Positions 19,462 through 29,885 are shown, numbered from the stretch's first letter. The stretch: DNA of 64,000 nt from an uncultured bacterium (GCA_963848965.1 CAWKFG010000004.1:160001-224000); one strand, 5' to 3'. Numbers and translations are program-made. The notes: generated by a model not told the origin, from the letters alone.

Positions 19462-20700
19462 CTAGCGCAAGGATACAGTCACTGATTTGAGTATATCAGG
19501 AAGAGCAATAGCTCCTGTTTCTTGCTGATATGTTTCCATAAGTGCTACAAGGAGCCGTGGCAGAGCAAGCGAAGAAGCGTTCAATGTGTACGCAAGCCGT
19601 GTTTTACCTGTAGCAAGCTTATATCGAATACCTGCTCGCCGTGCTTGAAAATCAGTACAATTACTTACAGAAGACACCTCTTTGTAAATTCCTTGGCCAG
19701 GCATCCAGACTTCTATATCATAGGTTTTTGCTGAAGAAAATGAACAATCTTGTGCAGCAAGAAGGCTAATACGATAGTGAAGACCCAAAGCTTGGAGAAT
19801 AGCTTCAGCACAAGCAATCATACGCTCTTGCTCAGAAAATGACTGCTCTGGCTCGCAAATAGTATAGAGTTCTAATTTTTCAAATTGATGAATACGAATA
19901 AGACCACGTTCGGTAGCTCCATAACCACCAGCTTCTCTTCTAAAGCAACTCGTCCATGCAGTCATTCGTAGGGGAAATTCAGAAATAGTAAATATATGAT
20001 CTCTATATACAGAAGTAAGATTCACCTCAGATGTAGGGGTTAAATACAGCTTATCTTCACAAATTGCATATGCCTCATCTTTAAATCGAGGAAAATTACC
20101 TGATGCTTCAAGAGATTTTTCGTTTACAAGATAAGGAGGTAATAGAGGACTATAGCCATGACGAAGGTTATTATTAAACATAAAAAGCATGAGAGCATAG
20201 ACAACTTGAACGCCCTCCCCTTTATAAAGAGCAAAATTTGAACCGGTCATACGAACTGCAGCTTCAAAATCAAACCACCCATTAAGGTTTCCAAGTTCAA
20301 CGTGGTTTTTAGGCTCAAAAGTAAAAGTAGGCTTTTCGCCCCACACTTTTACTACCTGATTTTCTTCTTTTCCTCCAGGAGGAACATCATCAAAAAGAAG
20401 ATTTGGACAAAGCAAATAGAGATTCTTAAACTCGGCCTCAAGCTTTTCTAATGCAAGCTCTTTCTCTCTGAGTAGCTCTGAAAGCTCTTTCGACGCTTGG
20501 CGTACTTCCTGAGTAACTCCCTTTTGAGCTTGCCGTGCTAGCTCATTTTTTTTGTGACGAAGCTCTTCTACTTCGCTTTTAAGGCGTCGTACTTCTTCAT
20601 CGAGCTTTATAAGTAAGGAAATGTTATAGCTTGGATCTTTCTTTTTAATGTTATCAGTAACTTTTTGTGGATTTTCTCTAAGAAACCCTAAATCGATCAT
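19462..20700 (-). CDS. serS: Serine--tRNA ligase
   Basis: PTSEV, CFRREAG, GLIRIHQFEK, YDIEVWMPG, EVSSVSNCTDFQARR. Confidence 0.98.
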   Translation of the reverse strand: MIDLGFLRENPQKVTDNIKKKDPSYNISLLIKLDEEVRRLKSEVEELRHKKNELARQAQKGVTQEVRQASKELSELLREKELALEKLEAEFKNLYLLCPNLLFDDVPPGGKEENQVVKVWGEKPTFTFEPKNHVELGNLNGWFDFEAAVRMTGSNFALYKGEGVQVVYALMLFMFNNNLRHGYSPLLPPYLVNEKSLEASGNFPRFKDEAYAICEDKLYLTPTSEVNLTSVYRDHIFTISEFPLRMTAWTSCFRREAGGYGATERGLIRIHQFEKLELYTICEPEQSFSEQERMIACAEAILQALGLHYRISLLAAQDCSFSSAKTYDIEVWMPGQGIYKEVSSVSNCTDFQARRAGIRYKLATGKTRLAYTLNASSLALPRLLVALMETYQQETGAIALPDILKSVTVSLR

Positions 20701-20775
20701 GCCAACTCCATGATGTTATATGCTATGCTGACTTACCTTCAAGAATACTGTAAAAACTGTTTTTTGAAAAGTGAC

Positions 20776-20804
20776 AAAAAAAGAGCCGCCTTATTAAGGG
20801 CGGC
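20776..20804 (-). terminator. Rho-independent terminator after the HU gene
   Basis: GCCGCC/GGCGGC stem with A7 run on + strand (U run on -). Confidence 0.7.
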
Positions 20805-20832
20805 CTTGGGTAAAAGCTTTCAAAGTCACAAC

Positions 20833-21114
20833 TTATCGCACTGACTTCATTAACTCCTTAAGATTTTTTCCTGGCTTAAACTTAGCAACAACAGTTGCAG
20901 GAAGCTTAATACGTTCTTTTGTGGACGGATTGATACCCATGCGCTCTGGACGGCGAGAAATGCCAAATGTTCCAAGCCCTGACCATTGAAGCTTGTCACC
21001 TTTTTTAAGCGTACGCTCTATAATACGTGCAAGTGCCTCAAGAATACGAGCAACATCTCTTTTACTAAAAGTTGTCTCTTCGCTGAGTGAAGTAATTAAC
21101 TCAGTTTTATTCAT
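20833..21114 (-). CDS. hup: HU family DNA-binding protein
   Basis: MNKTELI, GLGTF, R.GINPST, KFKPGKNLKE; start placed at MNK. Confidence 0.93.
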   Translation of the reverse strand: MNKTELITSLSEETTFSKRDVARILEALARIIERTLKKGDKLQWSGLGTFGISRRPERMGINPSTKERIKLPATVVAKFKPGKNLKELMKSVR

Positions 21115-21455
21115 AAGAAATCCCTTCATTAGTTAGTTATGGTTATCTCACTGCTTTAGACAGTTATGTGGTCACCTCTGCTTAAGGTTCCTTTTTTCAG
21201 GGTAATTTTATTTTGTACTTTGTCAATGATTTTTTAAAAAATATGCGGTAAAAAAAGCAATACTTTCTTTATATATTCTCATAGAATATTTTAAATAAGC
21301 AAAAATCTTTCGCCTTTATATCTAGAAGCTACAATTTTATTCGATATTTGAAGTATATAGTTTTTTAAGTAACAAAGGGCTTTTTTCTTAGCGCCTTTTT
21401 TCTGCTATCTTTAACAATAAAACAAGATAAAAACTATACTATTATAGAGGATTAT

Positions 21456-21956
21456 ATGAATACGTTAAAATTAGTAGGACTCTCTATGAGTCTCTTAGTT
21501 TCTTATACTTTTGCAGGAACGCCTGGTGAAACTCAAGAGCAGAAGTGCTGCCCAGTTGTATGCGCGCCAACAGAAGTTACAAAAGCGGTAGTAACGGAAT
21601 CGAAGAAGATAGATCCAAGTCAAGTTGCGTTCGATACTACTTTATCTCTTCTTGATATGGTGCCTAAAATTCGGACTATCGTTACAGCCTCAGGAGAGCT
21701 CGCTGAAGGAGCACGTAAAATGGCATCGGGTCAAGGAATAACAGCAAGCACTCTGCTTGATGTACTTGTTAAAATTCGTACTATTATTACTACAAGTGGC
21801 GAACTAGCAGGGATAGCGCGTAAAGTCGTTGACGTAGATACAATGATTAAAAAACTAGGTGCTCTCTCTACTTATTTACAACAGCCATCTAAAAAGGAGC
21901 AACCAGTTATGCTTATGTTACCAAAGCTTAACTATTCACTGTATAAAGCACTATAA
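21456..21956 (+). CDS. Hypothetical secreted protein with an internal ~35-aa duplication
   Basis: Signal peptide; LLD...KIRTI.T.SGELA..ARK occurs twice. Confidence 0.7.
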   Translation: MNTLKLVGLSMSLLVSYTFAGTPGETQEQKCCPVVCAPTEVTKAVVTESKKIDPSQVAFDTTLSLLDMVPKIRTIVTASGELAEGARKMASGQGITASTLLDVLVKIRTIITTSGELAGIARKVVDVDTMIKKLGALSTYLQQPSKKEQPVMLMLPKLNYSLYKAL

Positions 21957-22018
21957 ATAGCATAGAAAATAACTGATGTGGGGCTTTTTCAAAGCCCCAC
22001 CATTTTTGTGGGGTTACA

Positions 22019-22507
22019 ATGAACATAGTAAAAACAATAGGAATTATAGTAAGTATCTTTGGGCTCTCGTGGTACGCTCAGGCAAAAGAGAGAGCAATCT
22101 CTAGACTTGACGAACAAATTCAACGATGCTGTGATGTCATTGAAAGCAAGTATAAGCCTGCATTTGAGAGTATGAATACCCTTCGGATTATTGAACGAAG
22201 AAAACGATCAACTTCATCTTTTATTGCAAAAAATGCAACAACTGTTTCAGCATCAGAATCTGCAGAGGGTCCTTCAGTCAATTCTCTTGACTCAATAATT
22301 GACTTTCTTCTTAAGCTTCGTACTGCACTTGTTAATGCTAACGAGGTAATAAACGTTGCTCACAAAGTTATTGATAATCTAGATGGGTTGGTTAAAAAGC
22401 TTAAATCATTACGTACTTCAATTTATGAGTACTTTTATCCTGTACAGCCTGTACAAAAGCCTGCAATGCTTATACTATCTACAATAAAGGATCCACTTTC
22501 TTTTTAA
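22019..22507 (+). CDS. Hypothetical secreted protein, distant paralog of 21456..21956
   Basis: Signal peptide, Q.CC.V motif, IDFLLKLRT..., KKL..L.T, P.ML.L tail shared. Confidence 0.65.
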   Translation: MNIVKTIGIIVSIFGLSWYAQAKERAISRLDEQIQRCCDVIESKYKPAFESMNTLRIIERRKRSTSSFIAKNATTVSASESAEGPSVNSLDSIIDFLLKLRTALVNANEVINVAHKVIDNLDGLVKKLKSLRTSIYEYFYPVQPVQKPAMLILSTIKDPLSF

Positions 22508-22557
22508 AATGTGTACACTAGAGGAAAGAGTTACCATTATCATCTTGTGGAAGGTTT

Positions 22558-23379
22558 ATGCTTATAGATACTCATTGCCATATTAATATCATGGTAAAAG
22601 ATAGTTTTGATACTCCGTTGAGCCCAGAACTTTTTCCTTTAGCACACAGTATAGTCAAAGATGCTGAACAAGCTGGTGTTACTACCATCTTAAACGTTGG
22701 CACCAGCTTGCAAGAAAGCATAAATTGTATTGAACTTGCACGAGCATTTCCTCCAGTCTTTGCTTCACTAGGCATTCATCCTAATGATCTCACCGACTCT
22801 TGGAAAGAAGATCTTAAACGGTTAGAGACATATTTATCAGAAAAAGAAAAGTTAAAAATTGTCGCCATCGGCGAATGCGGTATGGATTTTCATTATCCTG
22901 ATTATAATGTAAAGCGACAAAAAGAGGGCTTTAAGCGTCAGATTGAGTTAGCTCTGAAGTATCAACTCGCCCTCGTTGTTCATACGCGTAACGCAGGAGA
23001 AGAAACAGTGCGGTGTCTTGAAGAATTTAAAGACAGTGCCCTTAAAGGAGTTATTCACTGTTTCTCAGAAGATCTTTCTTTTGCACAAGAGGCTCTAGCT
23101 TTGGGATTCGTGCTCGGTATTGGCGGCACTATAACATATCCTAAAAACCATATACTACGCAGCGTTGTAGCAACAGTAGGCCTTGAACATTGTATTCTTG
23201 AAACTGATGCTCCTTTCTTACCGCCACAAAGCTTACGGGGCAAACAAAATCGGCCACAATATATAAAACTTATAGCAGAGTATATAGCTGAACTTCTTGG
23301 TGTCTCCCTAGAAACTGTAGCACACAGCACATCCTCTAATGCAGAACGAGTTTTCAAGTTTACACAGTATTCTCAGTAA
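22558..23379 (+). CDS. tatD: TatD family deoxyribonuclease
   Basis: IDTHCH, GIHP, AIGECGMD, VHTR, IHCFS, LETDAPFL. Confidence 0.95.
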   Translation: MLIDTHCHINIMVKDSFDTPLSPELFPLAHSIVKDAEQAGVTTILNVGTSLQESINCIELARAFPPVFASLGIHPNDLTDSWKEDLKRLETYLSEKEKLKIVAIGECGMDFHYPDYNVKRQKEGFKRQIELALKYQLALVVHTRNAGEETVRCLEEFKDSALKGVIHCFSEDLSFAQEALALGFVLGIGGTITYPKNHILRSVVATVGLEHCILETDAPFLPPQSLRGKQNRPQYIKLIAEYIAELLGVSLETVAHSTSSNAERVFKFTQYSQ

Positions 23380-23509
23380 GTTTTAAAAGAACTTTTTGAT
23401 CAGAAAAAACTTTCTCTACTTCCTACGGATCTTCAAGAACAGCTCACTGCACTGCAATAAATTAGTACGTAAGACATCCCTCATACATTACCGTATGAGG
23501 GATGGTAAG

Positions 23510-25153
23510 TTAGCTAAGGTATGTGGTACAAAACGTCATTATTGCTTTTGCAAAATCTTGTGCAAAAGTAGGAATATTTCTTGGATCACGAAAATTCCAT
23601 CCAAATTCTAACTGAAGAGCGTCAATACCATTTTCTCTATGGCTTCCATAGTTACGTACGGTATATCCGCCGTTATATGATCCATGCTCTTTTTGACTTC
23701 TCTGATTATTAAGAGGAAACACTTTATGATCTTGCTCTGCTAAAAGTCCTAAAATGCTTTTTGGACCAGTAAATGATATTTCACCGCAACGATGTACTAA
23801 TGCATTAACGGTCTTTCTGTTTTGTGTACCTCTGTAAATAACATCATAAGCAAGCCCATGAGCATGAATATCAAGTAATAATGCTTTTGATCCATAACGT
23901 GCTTTTATAGCATCAATGAACTGCTTAATCTGCCCATGATATGCTTCATACACAGGTTCAGCTTTGCGATGTTCATAAGCTTCTCTTGGAGCTCTGTTAG
24001 CATCTATATATTCTCTGCCAAAACGAGCAGCTACAACGTAAGGCCGTACACCAAAAAGTCTAAAAAGCTCGTCACTTACAGCAAGAGTAAGCTCAAGTGT
24101 ATTACCATCTAAACAGTGCTCTCCATGTCGCCGCACAGGAACTCCAGGAATCTTTAAAGTGCCACCATGAGGAGCTGTAAGAATAAGTGGTATAGTACCT
24201 TCTTGTACTACCATAAAATCTCGCTGTTGTAACGCTGGCACATGAGGTGCTTCGTTTATACAATCTAATAAAAGAGCTTGTCGCTCTATTTGCGCCTTAT
24301 TCTCATCGTTTACAGCATTTTGCAATGCCTCACGTACAACTTTTGTAGAAGGCGACTGACCTATTTGAGCTATAATGCTAAGAGCTTCTGGACCTGCACA
24401 AATAGCTCTTTCAAGTACTGTTTGTGCTCTATCTGGCAACATTTGAACATATCCTTGAGTATTACGTAAAAGCTCCGGATCTGAAAGTAACGTACGTGCA
24501 ACATCTTTTTGGCTACTCAACGTAGCAGGAAATGATGCCCATATAACGGCACTAAATCTGTTCTTTTCTGCCCAGCTTGCAATTGATTGCGCAGTAACTG
24601 TTGGAATTCTCTGACGTACATTGTCTGTTGTACGTATTACCCATTGAGTAGTATCAGGAATAACTTCTTCATCAGCTTCTTTTGTACGTCCTGGTAGGAT
24701 CTTTTTTATGTAAAAAATGTTTGTTAAATCGTATCCACCATGTCCGTTACGCAATAAAACACCTTCTCTAGCAGCAAGATTATTACGTGCATTAGGAAGA
24801 AATGCAAATTCTGATACTGCATACCATACTCGTTTATCTTTACCACAGAGAGTATCTACTACAGCAGAGATCCTCTTACCAGCAGATTCTCTTGCCATAG
24901 CAACTGGTAAGGAAAGAGCCGTAGGCTGGAAACTACTTGCATAAAGCTGAGCACCTGTTCGTTCATTAATCGGTTGATGCACAAGACTCCCATACGAAAG
25001 AATGGCAATTTTACGCTTGTCCTGTACAGTATCTTCATCTTTATAACGATATCCATTGCTATCAACACGTTGCGATAGCGATTGTTCCATGGTAAAAGTA
25101 TAATGACTTACTACCAAAATAAGTACTATACTCCATAGTTTGCTTATATACAT
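23510..25153 (-). CDS. Secreted two-domain protein: GGCT/ChaC-like N-terminus plus N-formylglutamate amidohydrolase-like C-terminus
   Basis: IAILSYGSLV start; C-terminal LTAPHGG, IDANR, LLDIHAH, YNGGYTVRNYG, ALQLE. Confidence 0.7.
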   Translation of the reverse strand: MYISKLWSIVLILVVSHYTFTMEQSLSQRVDSNGYRYKDEDTVQDKRKIAILSYGSLVHQPINERTGAQLYASSFQPTALSLPVAMARESAGKRISAVVDTLCGKDKRVWYAVSEFAFLPNARNNLAAREGVLLRNGHGGYDLTNIFYIKKILPGRTKEADEEVIPDTTQWVIRTTDNVRQRIPTVTAQSIASWAEKNRFSAVIWASFPATLSSQKDVARTLLSDPELLRNTQGYVQMLPDRAQTVLERAICAGPEALSIIAQIGQSPSTKVVREALQNAVNDENKAQIERQALLLDCINEAPHVPALQQRDFMVVQEGTIPLILTAPHGGTLKIPGVPVRRHGEHCLDGNTLELTLAVSDELFRLFGVRPYVVAARFGREYIDANRAPREAYEHRKAEPVYEAYHGQIKQFIDAIKARYGSKALLLDIHAHGLAYDVIYRGTQNRKTVNALVHRCGEISFTGPKSILGLLAEQDHKVFPLNNQRSQKEHGSYNGGYTVRNYGSHRENGIDALQLEFGWNFRDPRNIPTFAQDFAKAIMTFCTTYLS

Positions 25154-25388
25154 ATATTTTCCTTTATAATTATTATATATTAAACTTTAACTATAATAAC
25201 AACTAAGCCCGCCACAGTCAAATAGCCAATTTGAAAATTATGCTATTACAAGTGGTAGTAACAGTATGTACAATCGATTCTCTTATTTCATGAGATTATC
25301 ATTATAGAGCACACTCTCTTGACAGCATACTGTGTGCTATTTTACTCTACATCTATAAGATTTTTTTCCCTACAATAAAGGAATATGC

Positions 25389-26132
25389 ATGAATTATAAA
25401 CAATATGTGCTCATATCGTGTTTGTTATATACAGGACTAGTATATACAAGTGCTCTTTCTCAGAAGAACATCAAGGAAGTACCTCGACCTAACCGCGAGT
25501 GTTATTGGGCAGTTCCAAACAGGTTGCTTGCAGGTCAGTATCCTGGTGCTCATGATGAAAATTCTACTCGCAAAAAATTACGCAGTTACCTTGATGCAGG
25601 TATCACCTTTTTTCTTGATCTGACAGAACAGAGTGAAATAAGCCTCACCGGCGAGCGAAAGCCCTACGCTCTATTACTACAATTAGAAGCCAAAGAACGT
25701 AATATAAAAGTACACCATTGTCGTATGTCAATTCGCGACTTTGGTATACCAACAAAAGAGTTTATGACAAAAATTCTTGATGTTATAGATACTGCTTTAA
25801 ACGCAGGACATAAAGTATATGTACACTGTTGGGGTGGAATTGGGCGAACAGGAACTGTAGTTGGATGTTATTTTGTACGCAAAGGAGAATCTGGTGAGCA
25901 AGCACTTAAGCATCTAGCAACATTGTGGCATTCAGTAGGAAAAGCCAAAAAATTTCCTCTTTCACCAGAAATGGAGATCCAAAGACAATTTGTAGTTAGG
26001 TTCGGCATGCATTCTCCATTTACTCATACTACGTTATTCAACAAAGAGCATAACACTGAATCTTCTTTAGAGGCTGACTATAGCGAATCTTCATCTACAG
26101 ATTCAGAGGAAATAGCCGAGGATACTTTATGA
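25389..26132 (+). CDS. Dual-specificity/protein-tyrosine phosphatase with signal peptide
   Basis: VHCWGGIGRTG (CX5R), LAGQYPG, IRDFGIP, SPE...Q. Confidence 0.88.
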   Translation: MNYKQYVLISCLLYTGLVYTSALSQKNIKEVPRPNRECYWAVPNRLLAGQYPGAHDENSTRKKLRSYLDAGITFFLDLTEQSEISLTGERKPYALLLQLEAKERNIKVHHCRMSIRDFGIPTKEFMTKILDVIDTALNAGHKVYVHCWGGIGRTGTVVGCYFVRKGESGEQALKHLATLWHSVGKAKKFPLSPEMEIQRQFVVRFGMHSPFTHTTLFNKEHNTESSLEADYSESSSTDSEEIAEDTL

Positions 26133-26137
26133 GTATA

Positions 26138-26599
26138 CTACTTTACTTTGAGCATACGTTTAAAGCCCATATCAAGCCAGAGATGTGAGGTAAAGCCAAT
26201 ACTAAAAAAGAGAGCGTTTGTTATGATCGTATCTTTGTATGGAGGCAAAAACCATATAAAAAGAAGCGCAGAGGCACTTGTTAGCACTATTAAAAACCAG
26301 AATTCATGAAAAAGTCCACGGTGCTTTGTAAGTAAAGGAGTAAATGAACATAACGCCAAAAGAGAGCCAGGAAAATAGGCCTTATAGAGTATACAAAATG
26401 CAAGAACAACAAACATTAACTTGTAAAACAATTGTTGTCCTTTACTTTTAATATCAATATCTGGAAACAGACCGCCAGCAAGGGTAGCTATAAGCCATTG
26501 TGCATATTTAAAAAAAGAAAGTGCTGGTAAAGCAATAAGCACAACAACAATTAAATAGATAACAAAAGCACCAAATAGATGGCCTTTATAGTTTGGCAT
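26138..26599 (-). CDS. Membrane-bound metal-dependent hydrolase (YbcI/YdjM-like)
   Basis: GH, PDID, HRGLFH, SHLWLD motifs between TM helices. Confidence 0.85.
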   Translation of the reverse strand: MPNYKGHLFGAFVIYLIVVVLIALPALSFFKYAQWLIATLAGGLFPDIDIKSKGQQLFYKLMFVVLAFCILYKAYFPGSLLALCSFTPLLTKHRGLFHEFWFLIVLTSASALLFIWFLPPYKDTIITNALFFSIGFTSHLWLDMGFKRMLKVK

Positions 26600-26602
26600 A
26601 CC

Positions 26603-27832
26603 TTACGTTCCAATAGTAAGCCTTGAAAGCTTCATAAAAGTTGTATGAGGGTAATAAAATTTTAAAATATTTTTATAGGTCCATCCTTGAGTTACCATTT
26701 TATGAGCTCCTCGTTGACATAACCCTTTCAGATGACCAAATCCTTTACCTTTAATAAGCACAGTATTTCCTCTTTTTTGAACAGTAAAACAAAAACTTTT
26801 AAGATCTTTCAGTAATGCTTTGAATTTACTGCCAGTAAGAGAAAACCCCCCTTTACTTCCTCGTATACTTACCTCATGAACAATACCTGCTCCATCTTTG
26901 CGTGAAATTTTTACATCTTTAAGAGCTCCTAGTTTAGGAAGCTCTTTTTTAAGCAGCTCTTCAAACTCCTTGGTAGAATACGAATATTCCCAGCGATAAA
27001 ATTTATAATCTTTACAATACGTGCAGGCATAACTTCGCGCAAGATGGGGCGTTTGAGCTACGCTAATTCCTTTTATATATAAAGGCTTTACTCCACCACA
27101 ACATATATCAAACATAGCTAAAACAGGCTGGTTTTTGTGTGCAAGGACAATACCATGCGTTTCCTGAGCAATTTTTCTGAATTTATCATCTTGTGCACGG
27201 CCTTTATATACCTGATGTACTCGTGTATTTTTGATATCGTATGGTAATGCGATCTTCTTTTTTGCATAAAGCTTTCTTTGTTCAAGGACCTTTGCTATTC
27301 CATAACTTCTAAATCCAATACAAAAGGCTTTATTAACCTCATCTGGCCAGCCGGGCCAGCTTTCAGATGGTAAAACAGATACTACATAATCTTCTAATTC
27401 TACATGATTTACAAGATATGCAGTACTCCCTACTTTAGTAAAAGCAAAAATACCATGATACTCAATTCCGTTATATTTACTATGACCACCATCTAAAGGG
27501 ATAAGAAAAAGATGGTTTATTGCAAGAGGCTTTGTATTAATTTTAAGAACATCTGCTGTAGCTGAAAGCGTAAGTGCTGGTTTTCTTGAGATAAGCTTTT
27601 TACCATCTGCCTGCACTACAAGAAATCCGTGTGGTGATTCTACAGTCCATGAAACTTTATCTTGAATATTTTTTTCTTCAAGAAGCACCCGAATAGGGAT
27701 ATCAAATGTAAGCTTTTTTAAAGCTTCAGATACCACTTTTTTAGGAGCATCTTGAGGTACAGCAAAAATCTGGGACTCAATAAAACAGTAAAAGGATAAG
27801 AAATAAATGCTTATTTTAAAGAGTTTGTTCAT
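26603..27832 (-). CDS. SpoIID/LytB domain protein
   Basis: VNHVELEDYVVSVLPSE, QVYKG, GKGFGHLKGLCQRGA, ILKFYYP. Confidence 0.9.
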   Translation of the reverse strand: MNKLFKISIYFLSFYCFIESQIFAVPQDAPKKVVSEALKKLTFDIPIRVLLEEKNIQDKVSWTVESPHGFLVVQADGKKLISRKPALTLSATADVLKINTKPLAINHLFLIPLDGGHSKYNGIEYHGIFAFTKVGSTAYLVNHVELEDYVVSVLPSESWPGWPDEVNKAFCIGFRSYGIAKVLEQRKLYAKKKIALPYDIKNTRVHQVYKGRAQDDKFRKIAQETHGIVLAHKNQPVLAMFDICCGGVKPLYIKGISVAQTPHLARSYACTYCKDYKFYRWEYSYSTKEFEELLKKELPKLGALKDVKISRKDGAGIVHEVSIRGSKGGFSLTGSKFKALLKDLKSFCFTVQKRGNTVLIKGKGFGHLKGLCQRGAHKMVTQGWTYKNILKFYYPHTTFMKLSRLTIGT

Positions 27833-28352
27833 AGGTGCGCCACATAGTTAAAAGTTCTTGAGGTACCGGAGTTTTTTGATCAATTCCTTTATTTGCAAGC
27901 TTATCTGCTATTTTGTTTTCTGCACGAGGAATATGGCATATGGTATAGAGCATCCCCATAAGTAACTCTTCTATATGCAGGTACAATTTTACTAAATCTT
28001 TATTTTTTACGCCATACATTCCTATAAGTTGTCGTACTAAAAGCTGAGAATCTGATTTAATAGTAAGCTTATCTGTATGACACATAAGACCTTTAAGCAG
28101 TAAAAGCCCTAAAAGCAATGCAAGGTACTCTGCCTGATTATTTGTTTTAGTACCTAAAAAAATACCCTTTTCTACTACCGGTATCCCATCCTTTAGAATA
28201 TAAATACCTGCTCCTGCGGGACCAGGATTATTTCTAGCTGCTCCATCTACATAAAGCTCCCATGATGAAGAATTGTATGGTAAATCAAAAATAGATGTTT
28301 GTCTCATGCTGGTGACCGTGGAAAATAAAGTAATCGGAAACAATCTTGGCAT
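27816..28352 (-). CDS. rnhA: Ribonuclease HI family protein (true start probably downstream)
   Basis: YVDGAARNNPGPAGAG, TNNQAEY, SDSQL, HIPRAENKIADKLAN. Confidence 0.9.
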   Translation of the reverse strand: MPRLFPITLFSTVTSMRQTSIFDLPYNSSSWELYVDGAARNNPGPAGAGIYILKDGIPVVEKGIFLGTKTNNQAEYLALLLGLLLLKGLMCHTDKLTIKSDSQLLVRQLIGMYGVKNKDLVKLYLHIEELLMGMLYTICHIPRAENKIADKLANKGIDQKTPVPQELLTMWRTYEQTL

Positions 28353-29014
28353 TTTATCAGTTTATCTTGCTTAGCTTCAATTATCTTATGAGGACTTATA
28401 AGATAAAAACAAGCAGAACAACTACTTTTAATAATTGGCACTACAGGATTAGGAATACGAGCAAGCATGGCCGTATACTCTTCTAAAAGTTCCTGCGATA
28501 CCAGACTCACAACTGCTTGGCGTTCATTGTGCAAGCTTTCAATCCTCTGTTCTACATAGGTCTTACGCTTTTCTAGCTCATCAAGCTCATGTTGCATGTG
28601 CTGTACTTTTAAAGGAATCTGCTGCTCTAATGTAAGAAGTTTTTCCTGTTCTGACTCAAGCTGCTGCCACAGAGAAAGATAGGGCTCTTCATAGCCTTTT
28701 CGCTTTTTCTCAAGCGCTTGCACTTCTCCTTCTAAAGAGAAATACTCTTTAGGAGTAGCTGCATGAGCAAGCTTCTGCCTTTTTTCTTTTTCTTGGGTGT
28801 CCAAAGTACGGAGCTCTAAATCGAGTGCATGTACCTTTTTACGTACATCAGCTACAGCTAGCTGAGCTTGAGAAAGTTCTTTTTTAGTAGCTTCAATAGC
28901 AGTTAATAAAGAGATATATTCCTCTTGAATGCTTACAAGCTCGTGTTTAAGCCGCATAAGAAGAGCATCAAGATCGACAAGTTCGAGAAATTGATCAAAT
29001 GAATTACGCTCCAT
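28304..29014 (-). CDS. Coiled-coil protein with C4 zinc ribbon (CT398/DUF164-like)
   Basis: Long coiled coil then CSAC...CQDC.RLLY; adjacent to RNase HI. Confidence 0.85.
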   Translation of the reverse strand: MERNSFDQFLELVDLDALLMRLKHELVSIQEEYISLLTAIEATKKELSQAQLAVADVRKKVHALDLELRTLDTQEKEKRQKLAHAATPKEYFSLEGEVQALEKKRKGYEEPYLSLWQQLESEQEKLLTLEQQIPLKVQHMQHELDELEKRKTYVEQRIESLHNERQAVVSLVSQELLEEYTAMLARIPNPVVPIIKSSCSACFYLISPHKIIEAKQDKLIKCQDCFRLLYFPRSPA

Positions 29015-29028
29015 AAGAACCTTTTTTG

Positions 29029-29104
29029 TGGTGGGCCCACCAGGATTCGAACCTGGGACCTCTCGGTTATGAGCCGATTGCTCTCACCGCTGAGCTATGG
29101 GCCC
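29029..29104 (-). tRNA. tRNA with CAT anticodon, probably tRNA-Ile2 (lysidine)
   Basis: GGGCCCA acceptor stem, CGG-CT-CAT-AA-CCG arm, CCA; lacks initiator features. Confidence 0.88.
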
Positions 29105-29313
29105 ACAAAGGGTTTATATAAATAGTTTATAGCAAAAACATGCATATGTGAAGCACTTTTTTATTACCTCTCATAAAAATGATCGTATTGAAAGAAATAC
29201 ACCGAACACATCTCTCTATCTTTCCTAGTAAAAGGCCATTTGTTTTTACCATATTCCTTTTATAAACTTACAAGTGTTGTATATTTCTATTTCTATTTAC
29301 TCAGGGGGCTTGC

Positions 29314-29835
29314 ATGAAAAACTTTATAAAGGCTTGGCTTATCGTAGCTACTATTATCTCTAACATTACTCTCTTTGGAGCTTGTGGCTGTGGATTGGAA
29401 ACAGAGATACCGAAACACATTAGTCGTTTAGTAAAAGCATATGAGAAAAAGTATACTGATGATTCTATGGTTCAGGCTATTGTAAAACATGATATAGAAC
29501 ATATTCAAAGGTGCTCTATTAATCCTCATAAAAGACTCTCCATAGAAGTACAGGAAGCACGAGATAAAGTAGTGTGTGAATGTGACTATATAGGGCTTAC
29601 TTTTGCAACTATGATGCAGCACGTAAAACAGCCTACTCAAAAGGATCTTACTACCATTCATACTATTGTAGAGCTTCTTCTTAAGAAGGGAGTTGCCAGG
29701 GATGGCTCTTATGAGTGGACGCCTTATGAATATAAAAAAGGTAGATGGATTCGCCGTAAATCTACTACTGGGACGAATAAGGAGTTCATAGATAGATTGA
29801 AAACAAAAATACTTATGTCATGCTCTAAAAAGTAG
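29314..29835 (+). CDS. Hypothetical secreted protein
   Basis: Signal peptide, 173-aa ORF, AGGGGG RBS. Confidence 0.6.
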   Translation: MKNFIKAWLIVATIISNITLFGACGCGLETEIPKHISRLVKAYEKKYTDDSMVQAIVKHDIEHIQRCSINPHKRLSIEVQEARDKVVCECDYIGLTFATMMQHVKQPTQKDLTTIHTIVELLLKKGVARDGSYEWTPYEYKKGRWIRRKSTTGTNKEFIDRLKTKILMSCSKK

Positions 29836-29847
29836 CATTACGTATAT

Positions 29848-29885
29848 AAAAAAAGAGGCGATGGAAAAGTTTTTCATCGTCCTCT
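29848..29885 (-). terminator. Terminator hairpin after gap
   Basis: AGAGG.CGATG.AAA / TTT.CATCG.CCTCT stem with A run on + strand. Confidence 0.6.
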
